Shown here: positions 17,703 through 29,290 of the stretch, piece after piece | Numbering within the stretch: position 1 is the stretch's first letter | Layout of the letters: each line of letters starts with the position of its first letter | NCBI GenBank assembly: GCA_965237985.1 | Contig: OZ250161.1 | Location: forward strand, 104,078-168,077 | DNA length: 64,000 nt | From: Candidatus Oxydemutatoraceae bacterium | GTDB taxonomy: Bacteria > Pseudomonadota > Gammaproteobacteria > Poriferisulfidales > Oxydemutatoraceae | Reading direction: 5' to 3' | Program-made: the position numbers and the translations under genes | The notes under the pieces: generated by a model | The model's database searches: none | Told to the model about the DNA's origin: nothing | The model's input: the letters and a program-made list of their open reading frames with translations, nothing else

Positions 17703-20700
17703 TTTAGAAAGCATTCTAATTATTGGTGCCGGTCCGATTGTCATCGGTCAGGCGTGCGAATTTGATTATTCCGGAACGCAGGCATGCAGGGCGATTCGGG
17801 AAGAAGGTTACCGTGTCGTGTTGGTGAATTCCAACCCGGCGACCATCATGACCGATCCTGGCGAAGCCGACAGCACGTACGTGGAACCGCTCGAATGGCA
17901 ATCGGTTGCCAGAATCATTGAAAAAGAAAAGCCTTCGGCGGTGTTGTCGACGATGGGCGGGCAGACGGCATTGAATTGTGTCCTGGATCTGAATCGCCAT
18001 GGGGTGCTTTCTGAATTTGGAGTGGAAGTCATCGGTGCGCGTTCAGAGGTCATAAAAATTGCTGAGGACCGCGGGCTGTTTTGCAGGGCAATGAGCGAAA
18101 TCGGATTACTGACCGCTCGCTCCATGTTGGTGCGTGATTTTGCAGAAGCACAGGAAGCCCTCCGCCATTTTGCCTTTCCGCTGATGTTGCGTCCTTCGTT
18201 CACTCTGGGAGGTAGTGGCAGTAGTGTGGTCAGGAACCAGGAGGAATTTTCTTCCGCCGTCAGACGCGGGCTGGCTTTGTCGCCAAGCAGCGAGGTGTTG
18301 ATCGAGGAATCGCTCCTGGGTTGGGGCGAATATGAAATGGAAGCAGTCCGCGACCAGCGGGATAACTGCATCATCGTATGTTCGATTGAAAATGTGGACC
18401 CGATGGGGGTGCACACAGGGGATTCCATTACCGTTGCACCGGCATTGACCCTGACGGACAAGGAATACCAGCTGATGCGCGACGCCACGGTCTCTGTTTT
18501 GCGCAAAGTGGGTGTGGATACTGGTGGTTCCAACGTGCAGTTTGCGGTCCATCCAGAAACCGGTCGGCAAGTCGTCGTGGAGATGAATCCGCGGGTGTCG
18601 CGTTCTTCTGCGCTGGCTTCCAAAGCGACTGGTTTTCCGATCGCGAAAGTAGCGGCGAAACTGGCGGTGGGTTACACGCTGGATGAATTGGAAAATACCA
18701 TCAGCGGCCAGCGCATGCCGGCTTCTTTTGAGCCGACTCTGGATTATGTTGTGACCAAGGTGCCACGTTTCACGTTTGAGAAATTCTCGCAAACCGTGGA
18801 TTGTTTGAACACACAAATGAAATCGGTCGGTGAAGTTCTCGCCATGGGTCGCTCTTTCAAGGAATCTTTGCAAAAAGCGCTTTGCGCTCTGGAAACCGGG
18901 GTGGCAGGCCTGGACGAATGCACGCCTCCTGCTCACGAAAACGCAAGAAACTGGATCAGGAAAGAGTTGTCCATTTGCAGTTCCAGACGTTTGTGGCAGG
19001 TCGCACAGGCATTTCGAATCGGGCTTACCGTGGATGAGGTGTTTGTGCTGACGCAGATATCGCGTTGGTTTTTATGGCAAATCAGCGAAATTGTGGATAT
19101 GGAAAGGGATCTGGCAGGAGAATCTCTGGGCAAAATGAGCCGGGAGCATTTGTTTGCCTGCAAACAGTCCGGTTTTTCCGATGCCCGTCTTGCGAAACTG
19201 CTTGATGTGTCTGAAGAATCAGTCAGAAAGCGGCGCACGGAGCTTGAGATCAGGCCGGTTTTCAAGCGTGTGGATAGCTGCGCTGCTGAATTTGCAACAA
19301 ACACCTGCTACATGTACTCGACCTATGAAGAAGAATGCGAGGCAGTTCCAGACAACAGTGCGACAAAAATCATGATTTTAGGCAGTGGCCCGAATCGAAT
19401 CGGGCAGGGCATTGAATTTGATTACTGTTGCGTGCACGCGGGACTGGCTTTGCGGGAAATGGGCTATCAAACACTGATGGTGAATTGCAATCCGGAAACG
19501 GTATCTACGGATTACGACATTTCTGACCGTTTGTATTTTGAACCGCTGACTATGGAGCATGTCAGTGAAATTCTTCATGTGGAAAAACCTTGGGGCGTGG
19601 TGGTTCAATATGGTGGACTGACGCCTCTGAAGCTTGCCCGGCCGCTTGAACGTGCCGGGGTGCGTGTGCTTGGGACTTCGCCAGATTCAATCGACCTGGC
19701 CGAAGACCGTGAACGCTTCAAGGCCTTGCTCACCAGATTGGGGTTGCGTCAGCCATCCAGCGCCATGGTGAACACTGCCGAGGATGCGTTTGCTTTCGCC
19801 AGTATCCAGGGTTACCCCTTGGTAGTACGGCCTTCTTACGTCCTCGGTGGCAGAGCCATGGAGATTGTGCATGACTGGGAGGAGCTTGAAGCTTATATGC
19901 GACGGGAAAGGCATGTACAGACTGGAAAAGCGGTTTTGCTGGACAGCTTTCTTTGTGATGCCACAGAAATTGATGTGGATGCCATGTGCGATGGAGAAGA
20001 GGTGTTAATCGGCGGGATCATGCAGCATATCGAACAGGCCGGTATTCATTCCGGCGACTCCGCCTGCTCGCTGCCGCCCCATTCCCTATCGGAACGGGTG
20101 CTGGCGGAAATTACCCGCCAGGTTAAAGTGCTTGGCAAAGCGTTGGCAGTGAAAGGTTTGATGAACATGCAATGTGCAGTGCGTGATGAGGAGATTTACA
20201 TATTGGAAGTCAATCCGCGTGCCTCACGTACAGTGCCATTTGTTTCCAAGGTGACCGGGTTGCCCCTTGTGAAAATTGCCGCCCGCTGCATGATGGGACA
20301 AAGTCTTGCTTCGCAGGGAGTGAAGGCCAGACCCGTCAAAGACTTTTTTGCAGTGAAAGAAGTAGTATTCCCTTTTCTCAAATTTCCCGGTGTCGATGCA
20401 CTGATGGGGCCGGAAATGAAGTCTACCGGTGAGGTGATGGGCCTCGGGAGAAGCTTTGGCGAGGCTTTTTTGAAATCTCAGATTGCTGTCGGGAACCGTA
20501 TGCCAAGGTCGGGAACGGTGCTGTTAAGCGTACAGGATGCAGACAAGGCAGGGGCCGTTGAGTTGGCTCGCCTGTTCCTCGATCTGGGGCTGTCCCTGAT
20601 GGCGACCAAGGGCACGGCACGAGCTTTGCATGCGGCTGCTATGGAATGCGAGCATGTTTTCAAAGTGAAAGAGGGGAAACGGCCGCATGTCGTGGACCGA

Positions 20701-20904
20701 ATCAAGCGAAAGGAGGTGGTTTTGATCGTGAATACCACGGAAGGGCGACAGGCTGTCGCGGATTCTTTTTCTATTCGCCGCGAAGCCTTGGTGAATGAAA
20801 TCTGCTACTCCACCACTTTGGCGGGAGCTTTTGCACTGGTGAAAGCCCTGCATTGTCAGCCGGAACTGTTGTGCAGCCTGCAGGAGCTGCACAATCTCAA
20901 TTAA
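17686..20904 (+). CDS. carB: Carbamoyl-phosphate synthase large subunit CarB
   Basis: 1072 aa. N-terminus [30 protein letters not shown] and duplicated ATP-grasp halves. Confidence 0.95.
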   Translation: MPKRTDLESILIIGAGPIVIGQACEFDYSGTQACRAIREEGYRVVLVNSNPATIMTDPGEADSTYVEPLEWQSVARIIEKEKPSAVLSTMGGQTALNCVLDLNRHGVLSEFGVEVIGARSEVIKIAEDRGLFCRAMSEIGLLTARSMLVRDFAEAQEALRHFAFPLMLRPSFTLGGSGSSVVRNQEEFSSAVRRGLALSPSSEVLIEESLLGWGEYEMEAVRDQRDNCIIVCSIENVDPMGVHTGDSITVAPALTLTDKEYQLMRDATVSVLRKVGVDTGGSNVQFAVHPETGRQVVVEMNPRVSRSSALASKATGFPIAKVAAKLAVGYTLDELENTISGQRMPASFEPTLDYVVTKVPRFTFEKFSQTVDCLNTQMKSVGEVLAMGRSFKESLQKALCALETGVAGLDECTPPAHENARNWIRKELSICSSRRLWQVAQAFRIGLTVDEVFVLTQISRWFLWQISEIVDMERDLAGESLGKMSREHLFACKQSGFSDARLAKLLDVSEESVRKRRTELEIRPVFKRVDSCAAEFATNTCYMYSTYEEECEAVPDNSATKIMILGSGPNRIGQGIEFDYCCVHAGLALREMGYQTLMVNCNPETVSTDYDISDRLYFEPLTMEHVSEILHVEKPWGVVVQYGGLTPLKLARPLERAGVRVLGTSPDSIDLAEDRERFKALLTRLGLRQPSSAMVNTAEDAFAFASIQGYPLVVRPSYVLGGRAMEIVHDWEELEAYMRRERHVQTGKAVLLDSFLCDATEIDVDAMCDGEEVLIGGIMQHIEQAGIHSGDSACSLPPHSLSERVLAEITRQVKVLGKALAVKGLMNMQCAVRDEEIYILEVNPRASRTVPFVSKVTGLPLVKIAARCMMGQSLASQGVKARPVKDFFAVKEVVFPFLKFPGVDALMGPEMKSTGEVMGLGRSFGEAFLKSQIAVGNRMPRSGTVLLSVQDADKAGAVELARLFLDLGLSLMATKGTARALHAAAMECEHVFKVKEGKRPHVVDRIKRKEVVLIVNTTEGRQAVADSFSIRREALVNEICYSTTLAGAFALVKALHCQPELLCSLQELHNLN

Positions 20905-20921
20905 CAGACTGGAGAATTCTT

Positions 20922-21398
20922 ATGGAACGTGTATTGCTGACTGTCGCGGGGGCAAAGCAACTTCAAGAAGAGCTGGATGATTTGAAAAGCCGGCAACGCC
21001 CCACTATTACCGCCGCAATTGCCAGGGCCCGCGAACATGGGGATCTGCGTGAGAATGCGGAGTACCAGGTGGCTCGGGAAAAACAAAGTTTTTGCGAGGG
21101 ACGCATCAGTGGAATTGAAACCAAACTAGCCAGTGCCGAAATTATTGATGTAATGAAAATAAATGCCCGTGGAAAAGTGATTTTTGGCTCAACTGTCGTC
21201 GTTCATGATCGGGGCACAGACAAAACGCTTCGCTACCGTATCGTGGGAGAAGACGAGGCCAATGTCGACAAGGGAATCATATCGTTTTCTTCCCCTGTTG
21301 GGCGCACCTTGATTGGCCACGAGAAAGGTGATGTGGTGGAGATTAAAACGCCAGGCGGCGTGAGAGAGTGCGAAATCCGGGAAGTACTGTATATTTGA
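20922..21398 (+). CDS. greA: Transcription elongation factor GreA
   Basis: [22 protein letters not shown]... GreA N-terminal coiled coil. GGAG lies 8 nt upstream of ATG 20922. carA-carB-greA order. Confidence 0.9.
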   Translation: MERVLLTVAGAKQLQEELDDLKSRQRPTITAAIARAREHGDLRENAEYQVAREKQSFCEGRISGIETKLASAEIIDVMKINARGKVIFGSTVVVHDRGTDKTLRYRIVGEDEANVDKGIISFSSPVGRTLIGHEKGDVVEIKTPGGVRECEIREVLYI

Positions 21399-21404
21399 GT
21401 TACG

Positions 21405-21455
21405 AGTCAGTTGCTGATAAACGGGTAACTGTCAGATCAGGTCTAAACTTCTACA
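21405..21455. repeat. Solo terminal fragment of the IS481-family element present at 58.6 and 62.6 kb
   Basis: GTCAGTTGCTGATAAACGGGTAACTGTCAGATCAGGTCTAAACTTCTACA matches the right end of the IS at 60700-60756 (52 of 56 positions, 2-nt gap plus 3 substitutions; 51 of 56 bases are present). Confidence 0.5.
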
Positions 21456-21758
21456 AGTTACGCAAGCGCCGGGTACTGTTGCAAAGCCTTTTCAGTCACC
21501 CAAATCACCCCTTTCAATCCTCATTTTTTTCGGTCTTGAAACAAGGGTCCGGAGTGGGTACCAGCTTCAAGCTTTCCTGGTTTGCAAACAGCCCGGTTCT
21601 TCGCTGCGCCTGTCTTTAGACTGAAGAGGCTGAACTTCCCTGCCACGCCCTTCCGAATAAGGGCACGAACCTCGTTTCTCCTGAGCTTACAAACAAATGC
21701 CCAGTCCTGGAGTCAGAGCAGGGCGATTTCAGTAGCGGCACCAAATCGGGCCTCATCA

Positions 21759-23630
21759 TCACGATTTCCCCTTTGGTGATTCTACTTCTTTCCCTTCGCA
21801 AAAGTGCACGAATCCTTTAACGTTGCCCACGACCCACTCAAACTCTTCCTTCGTAAGTTCTTGGCCGTCTTGACTGAATTTTTTCCTGTATACAGGTTCA
21901 CTGGCTTTTTTGTGCATTAGAGTGAGAAGGTTTTTACCTTCTCGGTTGTACATGGGTATTCCCGTTTTCCGGTTTACAGGCAATTGTTTGATGACCCTGT
22001 CGACACAATGCATTAGTTTTGCACTGGGTACGCGCCTGCAGCAGCTTTCGGCAACATCTGGGATGCCCAATATGCCGGTTTCTTTAAAATCAGTCGACCA
22101 CTTTGCATTTGTTGATGATTTCTCCATGTGCTCCAGATCAAACAGTGTGTCTCTGTTTGGTGCACGTCCATTTTTCAGTGTGAGGTAGCTAAGACAGTGC
22201 TTTGTATTTGCACTCACTTTCGTGCCCTCAATATACCCTGCCAATCTATACCCTTCCAATCTTTCGCCAATTCTTTTTTCCAAGGTGGCTGTCAGTTGCG
22301 CATGTAAGCGATTCTGTCCTGATGAAGAGATTCCGGGCGCAAAAGCGAGCGGTTCCTCTGCTGTCCTGATATCAAAAAATTCTGTGACATGATAAGCCTG
22401 CATTTTATGAGTTGCCCAGTAATCTCTACGTTGAATCCATGTTTCGTTATCAGAAATTGTCCGTGTCTTCCCGGACACCGCAACAAGTGTTTTCGTTATT
22501 TCTATTTTGGGGCGTTCTGCCCCTACACTTTTCCCTATTATTGCTGCGTCGGTTTTGCCGGCATCGGGCTTCGTTGCGCTCGTGTCTGGTGTATTTTTTC
22601 CAGTTATAGGCCGATTTCTGCCGCTTCCGGGATCTTTTGCCACTTTGATACGACTACTCTCATCTTGTGGCGTAGGCCCACTTTTGGTGGTACTGGATTT
22701 ACTGGATTGTGGTGTTCCTGCTCTGCTCGTGTTCGGCGTTTCTTTTTTTTTGTTCCTTGTAGGCTGACTGTTGCCTTTTTTCGCAGGGGGCTTCAGATTT
22801 TGTTTCGGGTTTTTTGTTAGGGCATTGCTGGCTGCCGTTCCTCGTGTTAAGTCCCTCCGGGTTACTCGTTTTTTTTCTGTCACCGGCTGACTGTTGCCGG
22901 GATCTTGTGTCGTACCTGTGAGGTGACTTTGCTCTTGTGTTGCAACCGTAGATGTCAGGTTGGTGTGTTCCTCAGTGGGTTTTTTGTCTGTCACCGGCTG
23001 ACTGTTGCCGGGATCTTGTGTCGTACCTGTGAGGTGACTTTGCTCTTGTGTTGCAACCGTAGATGTCAGGTTGGTGTGTTCCTCAGTGGGTTTTTTGTCT
23101 GTCACCGGCTGACTGTTGCCGGGATCTTGTGTCGTACCTGTGAGGTGACTTTGCTCTTGTGTTGCAGCCGTAGATGTCAGCTTGGTGTGTTCCTCAGTGG
23201 ATTCTTTGTCTGTTGCCGGGTCTTGAAAGGTGCTGGGCGTGATGGCTTCAGTGTTAGTTTTGGGAAGTTCAGTGCCCGGGGTGTTCTGGTTGCCTCCCGT
23301 ATCGGGTGTGGCTCTGCTGCTGGCAAGTCTTTGCGATTCCTCATGGATGTAACGGTTAAACTCCCTCCTGTTCTGCAAGGTTTTTTCTTGTTCTGTGGAG
23401 ATCTTGAATTCCTCATTTTCACTACCAAGAGCTGCAGCCAGTATATTCCTGCGGCTCTGCAGCTCTTGCTTGCGATAATTTTCACTGAACTTGTAGCGAA
23501 AAATATGCACTACCCAGCCTGAGAATGAGTTCTTGAGAACACATTGCCCGTTACCATTGTCTGTTTGTACCCCCAGTCTGCCCAGCTGACTTCTGGCAGC
23601 TCTCTGCAAGATTCCATCACCAATTTCCAT
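21759..23630 (-). CDS. Hypothetical protein, 623 aa, with central Thr/Gln/Ser-rich low-complexity region (3 x 37-aa repeats) and a conserved-looking C-terminal domain
   Basis: Long open frame. Repeat TDKKPTEEHTNLTSTVATQEQSHLTGTTQDPGNSQPV x3. No recognisable family. Confidence 0.55.
   Translation of the reverse strand: MEIGDGILQRAARSQLGRLGVQTDNGNGQCVLKNSFSGWVVHIFRYKFSENYRKQELQSRRNILAAALGSENEEFKISTEQEKTLQNRREFNRYIHEESQRLASSRATPDTGGNQNTPGTELPKTNTEAITPSTFQDPATDKESTEEHTKLTSTAATQEQSHLTGTTQDPGNSQPVTDKKPTEEHTNLTSTVATQEQSHLTGTTQDPGNSQPVTDKKPTEEHTNLTSTVATQEQSHLTGTTQDPGNSQPVTEKKRVTRRDLTRGTAASNALTKNPKQNLKPPAKKGNSQPTRNKKKETPNTSRAGTPQSSKSSTTKSGPTPQDESSRIKVAKDPGSGRNRPITGKNTPDTSATKPDAGKTDAAIIGKSVGAERPKIEITKTLVAVSGKTRTISDNETWIQRRDYWATHKMQAYHVTEFFDIRTAEEPLAFAPGISSSGQNRLHAQLTATLEKRIGERLEGYRLAGYIEGTKVSANTKHCLSYLTLKNGRAPNRDTLFDLEHMEKSSTNAKWSTDFKETGILGIPDVAESCCRRVPSAKLMHCVDRVIKQLPVNRKTGIPMYNREGKNLLTLMHKKASEPVYRKKFSQDGQELTKEEFEWVVGNVKGFVHFCEGKEVESPKGKS
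22880..23215. repeat. 111-bp tandem repeat x3 inside the 21759..23630 ORF
   Basis: Direct read of the sequence. Period is about 110-111 bp. Confidence 0.8.
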
Positions 23631-23758
23631 TTTTACAACCCCTCCATAAGCATTACCGCAACTTTGCGCATACTAACATCAATGTGTTGTGATTGTTTGG
23701 GGAGAACTGGTTGGTCTTGGTTCTTTGGGCAGTTCAGTGGCCTGTTTCAGGGTGCATT

Positions 23759-24367
23759 TCAATATGCTTGTTCCCACCGCTTGCTTCCTGTCGGAATTGC
23801 ATTAACCAGGATTATCGACTGGCTGACTTTTTCGGCAAACTTTTTTCTGGGATCGTCCCCGCAGGCCGAGTATGGCCTGTCGCTGTCGGAGCAATTGATT
23901 CGGTCAGTGATGGCACGCTCAACGATGCCGCTGTCCCCGGGTGCTCGCCGGTAGATTTTTTCGTATTTGAGCCAAGGACAGGATCTTTCTTCGTTGACCC
24001 CGTCAATGCGGTGCCCCCGGTTAGCCATGGAAATCCGAATGCAACCGTTCGGGAAAGGCAAGGTTGGTACATTGGCAACCTTGGCTGGGGTTGAAGATCT
24101 TAGGCTGGCAGTTGTGGCGGAGTGCTTCAACAGCGCTTGTCCAAAGTGTTCGACAGTTGTCCCACGCCAAGAACTTTCCGGCTTGCCCGGTTGTAGATGG
24201 CAACCAGGGATACGAACCCCCGTCGCATTGGGACGCGCATGATGTCGGCACACCAGATACGCAGATTGATTGTCATGTTCTTCAGCAAGGTCCGGTGCTC
24301 TGGATATGGCTTGCTGATGCGGGGTTTGCGATGGATCACTGCCAAGCCGGCACAGTATGGCCTGCAC
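23759..24367 (-). CDS. Hypothetical protein (202 aa), no recognisable family; may be non-coding
   Basis: ORF only. Plus-strand alternatives are Trp-rich and less protein-like. Confidence 0.25.
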   Translation of the reverse strand: MQAILCRLGSDPSQTPHQQAISRAPDLAEEHDNQSAYLVCRHHARPNATGVRIPGCHLQPGKPESSWRGTTVEHFGQALLKHSATTASLRSSTPAKVANVPTLPFPNGCIRISMANRGHRIDGVNEERSCPWLKYEKIYRRAPGDSGIVERAITDRINCSDSDRPYSACGDDPRKKFAEKVSQSIILVNAIPTGSKRWEQAY

Positions 24368-24541
24368 TGGGGTTTCAACGGCCCCGGCATCATTTCTTGA
24401 CCCCTCACTGCCTTTGTGCTCTGGTGATGGTTTTGTGTTTCCTCAGTCAATGGGAGAATAGACGGAAACAAAGTGCGACCACACGTTCACTTGTAAATGC
24501 AACATCCAGCAGGTAGCACTGGCATTCGGACATCGGCAGAT

Positions 24542-25234
24542 GGGGCTGATTTGTGGCTACGGTCAGTGGTTTCCGTCCTGTTTCAGTCGTCCGGATTTTT
24601 TAGTTTTTTTGCAGTGCGTAAATGGTTGCGAGTGCCTGGCGAGGAGACAGTTCGTTTGGGTCCAGTTTTTTCAGAGCTTTCAATGCCGGGTGGTGGTGGT
24701 CAAATGCGAGTTTCGGTTGCTGCGGGGAGGGTTTTTGGACACACTGCATGGCTTCCAGCTCCTCCAGCTTCTGGGGCTGATTTGTGGCTACGGTCAGTGG
24801 TTTCCGTCCTGTTTCAGTCGTCCGGATTTTTTAGTTTTTTTGCAGTGCGTAAATGGTTGCGAGTGCCTGGCGAGGAGACAGTTCGTTTGGGTCCAGTTTT
24901 TTCAGAGCTTTCAATGCCGGGTGGTGGTGGTCAAATGCGAGTTTCGGTTGCTGCGGGGAGGGTTTTTGGACACACTGCATGGCTTCCAGCTCCTCCAGCT
25001 TCTGGGGCTGATCTGTGGCTACGGTCAGTGGTTTCCGTCCTGTTTCAGTCGTCCGGATTTTTTAGTTTTTTTTGCAGTGCGTAAATGGTTGCGAGTGCCT
25101 GGCGAGGAGACAGTTCGTTTGGGTCCAGTTTTTTCAGAGCTTTCAATGCCGGGTGGTGGTGGTCAAATGCGAGTTTCGGTTGCTGCGGGGAGGGTTTTTG
25201 TTTTTGGGCACACTGCATGGCTTCCAGCTCCTCC
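24542..25234. repeat. 231-bp unit x3 comprising the last ~63 codons of mutS plus ~42 bp of 3' flank; two extra copies lie downstream of the mutS stop
   Basis: Units start at 24542, 24773 and 25004. The third overlaps the genuine mutS 3' end (stop 25045). Confidence 0.85.
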
Positions 25235-27630
25235 AGCTTCGCAAGCGCCTGTTTCAGGGTGGCTTCCGGAAGACCTGCCAGGCGGGCGACCTGGATGCCG
25301 TGGCTGCGGCTGGTGCCTCCGACTTTTACTTTGTGCAAAAACACGACTTCTCCGGCGTGCTCTATTGCGTCCATGTGGACATTTTGCACTTGTGGGTATT
25401 TTTCGCAGAGCGTTGTCAATTCGAAATAGTGTGTGGCAAACAATGTCAGTGAGTGGTTCCGGCTTGCCAGTTCTGCCGCACATGCCCAGGCCAGGCTGAG
25501 TCCGTCGAAGGTACTTGTTCCCCTTCCGATTTCATCCATCAGTACCAGGCTGTCCGGCCCGGCGTTATTCAAAATGTTGGCTGATTCCGTCATTTCCACC
25601 ATGAATGTAGAACGTCCCGAGGCGATGTCATCTGCCGCGCCAATCCTCGTGTAAATGCAATCCAGGGGGCCGATGGTGGCTTCTGTAGCAGGCACCCAGG
25701 CGCCGATATGTGCCAGTAAGGCAATTTGAGCTGTTTGGCGCATGTAGGTGGATTTTCCGCCCATATTCGGTCCGGTGATTACCAGCATGCGTTGTTTCTC
25801 ATCCAGATCGAGGTCGTTTTCCACGAAAATGTTTTCCTGGCTGAGTTCTACGACGGGATGTCGTCCGCCCTTGATGTGTATCCCCCGGGAGGCAGCCAGT
25901 GTCGGTCGGCAGTACTTTCGTTCTTCTGCGCATTTGGCAAGGGTGGTAATGACATCTGTCGCAGCCAGAGCGGCTGATGTTGCCTGCAGGCGACTGATGA
26001 AGGGGCGGAAATAAAGCAGGATTTCCCGGAACAGTTTTTTCTCTTTGGCAAGTGCTTGATCGCGGGCGGCAAGTACACGGCCTTCCAGAGATTTCAATTC
26101 GGCAATGGAGTAACGTTCTGAGTGTTTTAGCGTTTGCATTCTTCGGTAGTCCTCCGGAGCTTTCTCAGCAACTGCGCGTGGCATCTCTATGTAATAGCCG
26201 TGCACCCGGTTGTAAGCGACGCGCAAATTATTGACTCCTGTCCTGCGCCGTTCCCGATTTTCAATTTCTATCAAATGTCCGGAAACGTTTTTATGCAGTC
26301 CGCGAAAATAGTCCAATTCCGGGTCGTATTTGGAGCGAATGACTCCGCCATCACGTATGGTGGCAGGGGGAGTGTCCACAATTGCCTGTGCAAGATGTTG
26401 TGCGAGTTCCGGTTCGGGGTGCAGGTTGGCATCAAGATTTTTGGCCAGCGGGCTTGTCAGAGTGCCCAGCGTAGTTTTCAAAACCGGCACCAGCTCCAGA
26501 GTTTCCCGAATGCCGTTCAGATCTCGGGGTTTTGCTGTTTCCAGAACCACGCGTGCCAGCATGCGTTCCAGGTCATTACTGCGTCCCAGTATGGCGCGTA
26601 GATTGTGCAGGGTTTCCTTATGTACCAGTTCGCCGATCAGTTCCTGGCGTTTTTGCAGGGCTTCGCGTTGCCGTAAGGGACTGGCAAACCAGCGCCGCAA
26701 ACAGCGCGCTCCCATGCTGGTAACGGTGTGATCGTGAATGCCAACGAGCGTTCGCTTGTGATCGCCTGAAGTCGATTTTTCTATTTCCAGGCAACGGCGA
26801 CTTGTGGCGCTGAGCTGCACAAAATCTTCATCGTTTTCCACGATGAGGCTACGCAAATGTGGCAACTCTGATTTCCTGGTGTCCAGCACGTATTGCAAAA
26901 GCGCCCCGGCAGCTGCAACAGCCGTGTCTTTGTTTATGCAACCGAATCCTTCCAGACCCAGCACCTCAAGCTGCCGGCATAATAGCCTGCGTGCATTTCT
27001 TATCAGAAAAACTGATGCCGGCAAGCTTTGCGGCTGGTGCTTTTCCAAAGTGAAAGTGCGGTTTTCACTGACCAGAAGTTCAGCCGGATGCAGGCGGTCT
27101 ATTTCATCATCCAGTGCGGCGTGGCTGGCAGTCTGGCGGATAGTCAAACGACCGGAACTGAGTTCAAGCGTGGCGATGCCGAATACCGGCTGTTTTGTTT
27201 TTTCATCGCTATGTACGGCCATGACCAGATTGTCTCGTTGCTCATCCAGCAGTGTGTCTTCAACGACGGTTCCCGGAGTGACCACGCGCACCACTTTGCG
27301 CTCCACAGGCCCGCGGCCTTGTACCGGGTCGCCGACCTGGTCGCAGATTGCCACAGTCTTTCCCAGGCGAACCAGTTTGGCGAGATAGCTTTCCACCGCA
27401 TGTACTGGCACACCAGCCATGGGCACTTTCTTATTGCCGTAACGGCCGCGGGAAGTCAAAGTAATATCAAGGAGCTTTGCTGCTTTTTCGGCATCGTGAA
27501 AAAACAGTTCATAAAAATCCCCCATATGATAGAAAAGCAGGGTGTCCGGGTATTCAGACTTTATGCGCAGGTACTGCTGCATCACGGGGGTGTGTTCGCT
27601 GATCATGAGTGTGCTGCTCTCCAGGGGCAT
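25045..27630 (-). CDS. mutS: DNA mismatch repair protein MutS
   Basis: 861 aa. N-terminus [28 protein letters not shown]. Walker [10 protein letters not shown]. Confidence 0.95.
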   Translation of the reverse strand: MPLESSTLMISEHTPVMQQYLRIKSEYPDTLLFYHMGDFYELFFHDAEKAAKLLDITLTSRGRYGNKKVPMAGVPVHAVESYLAKLVRLGKTVAICDQVGDPVQGRGPVERKVVRVVTPGTVVEDTLLDEQRDNLVMAVHSDEKTKQPVFGIATLELSSGRLTIRQTASHAALDDEIDRLHPAELLVSENRTFTLEKHQPQSLPASVFLIRNARRLLCRQLEVLGLEGFGCINKDTAVAAAGALLQYVLDTRKSELPHLRSLIVENDEDFVQLSATSRRCLEIEKSTSGDHKRTLVGIHDHTVTSMGARCLRRWFASPLRQREALQKRQELIGELVHKETLHNLRAILGRSNDLERMLARVVLETAKPRDLNGIRETLELVPVLKTTLGTLTSPLAKNLDANLHPEPELAQHLAQAIVDTPPATIRDGGVIRSKYDPELDYFRGLHKNVSGHLIEIENRERRRTGVNNLRVAYNRVHGYYIEMPRAVAEKAPEDYRRMQTLKHSERYSIAELKSLEGRVLAARDQALAKEKKLFREILLYFRPFISRLQATSAALAATDVITTLAKCAEERKYCRPTLAASRGIHIKGGRHPVVELSQENIFVENDLDLDEKQRMLVITGPNMGGKSTYMRQTAQIALLAHIGAWVPATEATIGPLDCIYTRIGAADDIASGRSTFMVEMTESANILNNAGPDSLVLMDEIGRGTSTFDGLSLAWACAAELASRNHSLTLFATHYFELTTLCEKYPQVQNVHMDAIEHAGEVVFLHKVKVGGTSRSHGIQVARLAGLPEATLKQALAKLEELEAMQCAQKQKPSPQQPKLAFDHHHPALKALKKLDPNELSPRQALATIYALQKKLKNPDD

Positions 27631-27678
27631 GTTTCTTGACCGAGGCTCACGGGTCTCGATGTTCGGGCCGGATAGGAG

Positions 27679-28182
27679 GTGAACCGGGAAATGCCGGGTA
27701 TTCGTGAAGTGGTTCTGTCACTGGCATGCGAGTTGCGCAGGCGACAGCTGCGTCTGGTGAGCGTCGAGTCCTGCACTGGTGGCTGGATCGCAAAGGCTTG
27801 CACGGATGTACCGGGAAGTTCGGAGTGGTTTGAGGGGGCACTGGTGGTTTACAGCGACCATGCCAAGCGGCAACTGTCAGGTGTCCGGGAAAAGACTTTG
27901 GCCAGAGAAGGCGCAGTCAGCAAAGAGGTGGCCGAGGAAATGGTAGAGGGCGCACTGCTACGGGTGAGCGCGGCGGATATTGCGGTTTCGGTCAGTGGAG
28001 TTGCTGGTCCGGGTGGTGGGACTTTGAAGAAACCGGTAGGGCTGGTTTGTTTCGCGTGGCAACAGCGGGGCAGGGCGATCAAGAGCAGCAGCGTACGCTT
28101 TTCCGGCGACCGCGAAGCAGTCAGAAGCAAGTCCGTCGTCACTGCCTTGTCTGGCGTGATGGAACTGCTGGTGCCTGGATGA
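27679..28182 (+). CDS. pncC: CinA C-terminal domain protein / nicotinamide-nucleotide amidohydrolase PncC
   Basis: CinA_C motifs [18 protein letters not shown]. About 165 aa. Confidence 0.75.
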   Translation: MNREMPGIREVVLSLACELRRRQLRLVSVESCTGGWIAKACTDVPGSSEWFEGALVVYSDHAKRQLSGVREKTLAREGAVSKEVAEEMVEGALLRVSAADIAVSVSGVAGPGGGTLKKPVGLVCFAWQQRGRAIKSSSVRFSGDREAVRSKSVVTALSGVMELLVPG

Positions 28183-28264
28183 TATTTGGCAGTTCAGCTA
28201 AAAAAGTTCAGTGCAAGAGGTCCCCGAAGAGACTATCGCCTGCAATCCAGTACCGTTTTTTCAT

Positions 28265-28612
28265 TCAACCGGATGCCTGTGTCGGGAAGCGATAGAAATT
28301 GCGGTTCAAATAATCAATCACTTCCTGGATTTGGGCATCATTCCAATCGATGTCGGGACTTGCGTGGCAACCGCGAATTTGTTTGACCAGGCCCTGGTAG
28401 CTCTGAACAATGCGGTCCCTTCTTGAATATAATAGCGAACCATCGCCTCCTGTCATCTGGATATGACAGGAAGTGCATTTTTCCTGGTAGTGAGCAGGTG
28501 CTTCGCTGGTTTCTTCGGAAGCCGAAAAATTGCCAGACAACAGCATCGGCCAAATGAGGCTGACGGCGAGTACACGGTGCCACTTGTTCGCGTTGTCGAC
28601 AGGACGTCTCAT
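28265..28612 (-). CDS. Small periplasmic monohaem c-type cytochrome (putative)
   Basis: N-terminal signal-like segment and a single CTSCH haem-binding motif. 115 aa. Confidence 0.5.
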   Translation of the reverse strand: MRRPVDNANKWHRVLAVSLIWPMLLSGNFSASEETSEAPAHYQEKCTSCHIQMTGGDGSLLYSRRDRIVQSYQGLVKQIRGCHASPDIDWNDAQIQEVIDYLNRNFYRFPTQASG

Positions 28613-28695
28613 GCCCGCTGATTATACTGCTTTGTGTGTGGGAAACAGATTACGGGGCCTGACTGCTTTTGCTGATTGGCTCGTCATGACCTTGG

Positions 28696-29250
28696 GTGTG
28701 TATTGTGCGTATTGATGCTGCCAACCTGATCTGGATCGATCTGGAAATGACCGGTCTTGACCCGGAAAACGATGCCATCCTGGAGATTTCCACGGCTGTC
28801 ACTGACGCGCAGTTGCGGGAAATGAAGCTTGGTCCCACGTTGCAAATCCACCAGTCCAAGAAAGTGCTTGGCAAAATGGATGAGTGGAACATCAGCCAGC
28901 ACGGTGCTTCGGGCCTGTTGAACAAGGTGCAGGAAAGCACATTGGAGTACGCGCAGGTAGAAACGGAGACCTTGCGTTTTCTAAAGCTTTGGGCAGTTCC
29001 TGGAAAGTCCCCCATGTGTGGTAAATCGATCTGTCAGGACCGCCGCTTTCTGGCTCGCCTGATGCCAGATTTGTGTGCGTTTTTTCACTACCGACACTTG
29101 GATGTCAGCACCTTGAGCGAACTGGCAAAGCGCTGGGCGCCGGAAGTGGAAAATGGCCTTGTGAAAGTTTCGACGCACCTGGCGCAGGATGACGTTCTTG
29201 CTGCCATCAAGCAACTCAAGCACTACCGTAAGCACTTGATGAAGTGTTGA
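28696..29250 (+). CDS. orn: Oligoribonuclease Orn
   Basis: [15 protein letters not shown]h exonuclease motif I. Size and conservation. Confidence 0.85.
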   Translation: MCIVRIDAANLIWIDLEMTGLDPENDAILEISTAVTDAQLREMKLGPTLQIHQSKKVLGKMDEWNISQHGASGLLNKVQESTLEYAQVETETLRFLKLWAVPGKSPMCGKSICQDRRFLARLMPDLCAFFHYRHLDVSTLSELAKRWAPEVENGLVKVSTHLAQDDVLAAIKQLKHYRKHLMKC

Positions 29251-29290
29251 ATTTCATGGCGGTAATCCTTCACATGCATCGCCACAGGAA

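Noticed and set aside
17716-18936. Antisense ORFs within carB (94, 271 and 276 aa), and similar ones inside lepA (29270..30133) and tolB (9619..10326)
   Set aside because: Each is fully embedded antisense to a highly conserved housekeeping gene. The high-GC third positions of the sense gene keep these frames open.
24497-25499. Plus-strand ORFs of 195 and 319 aa across the mutS 3' repeats
   Set aside because: They are antisense to mutS and its tandem 3' copies. The repetitive translation mirrors the 231-bp repeat.
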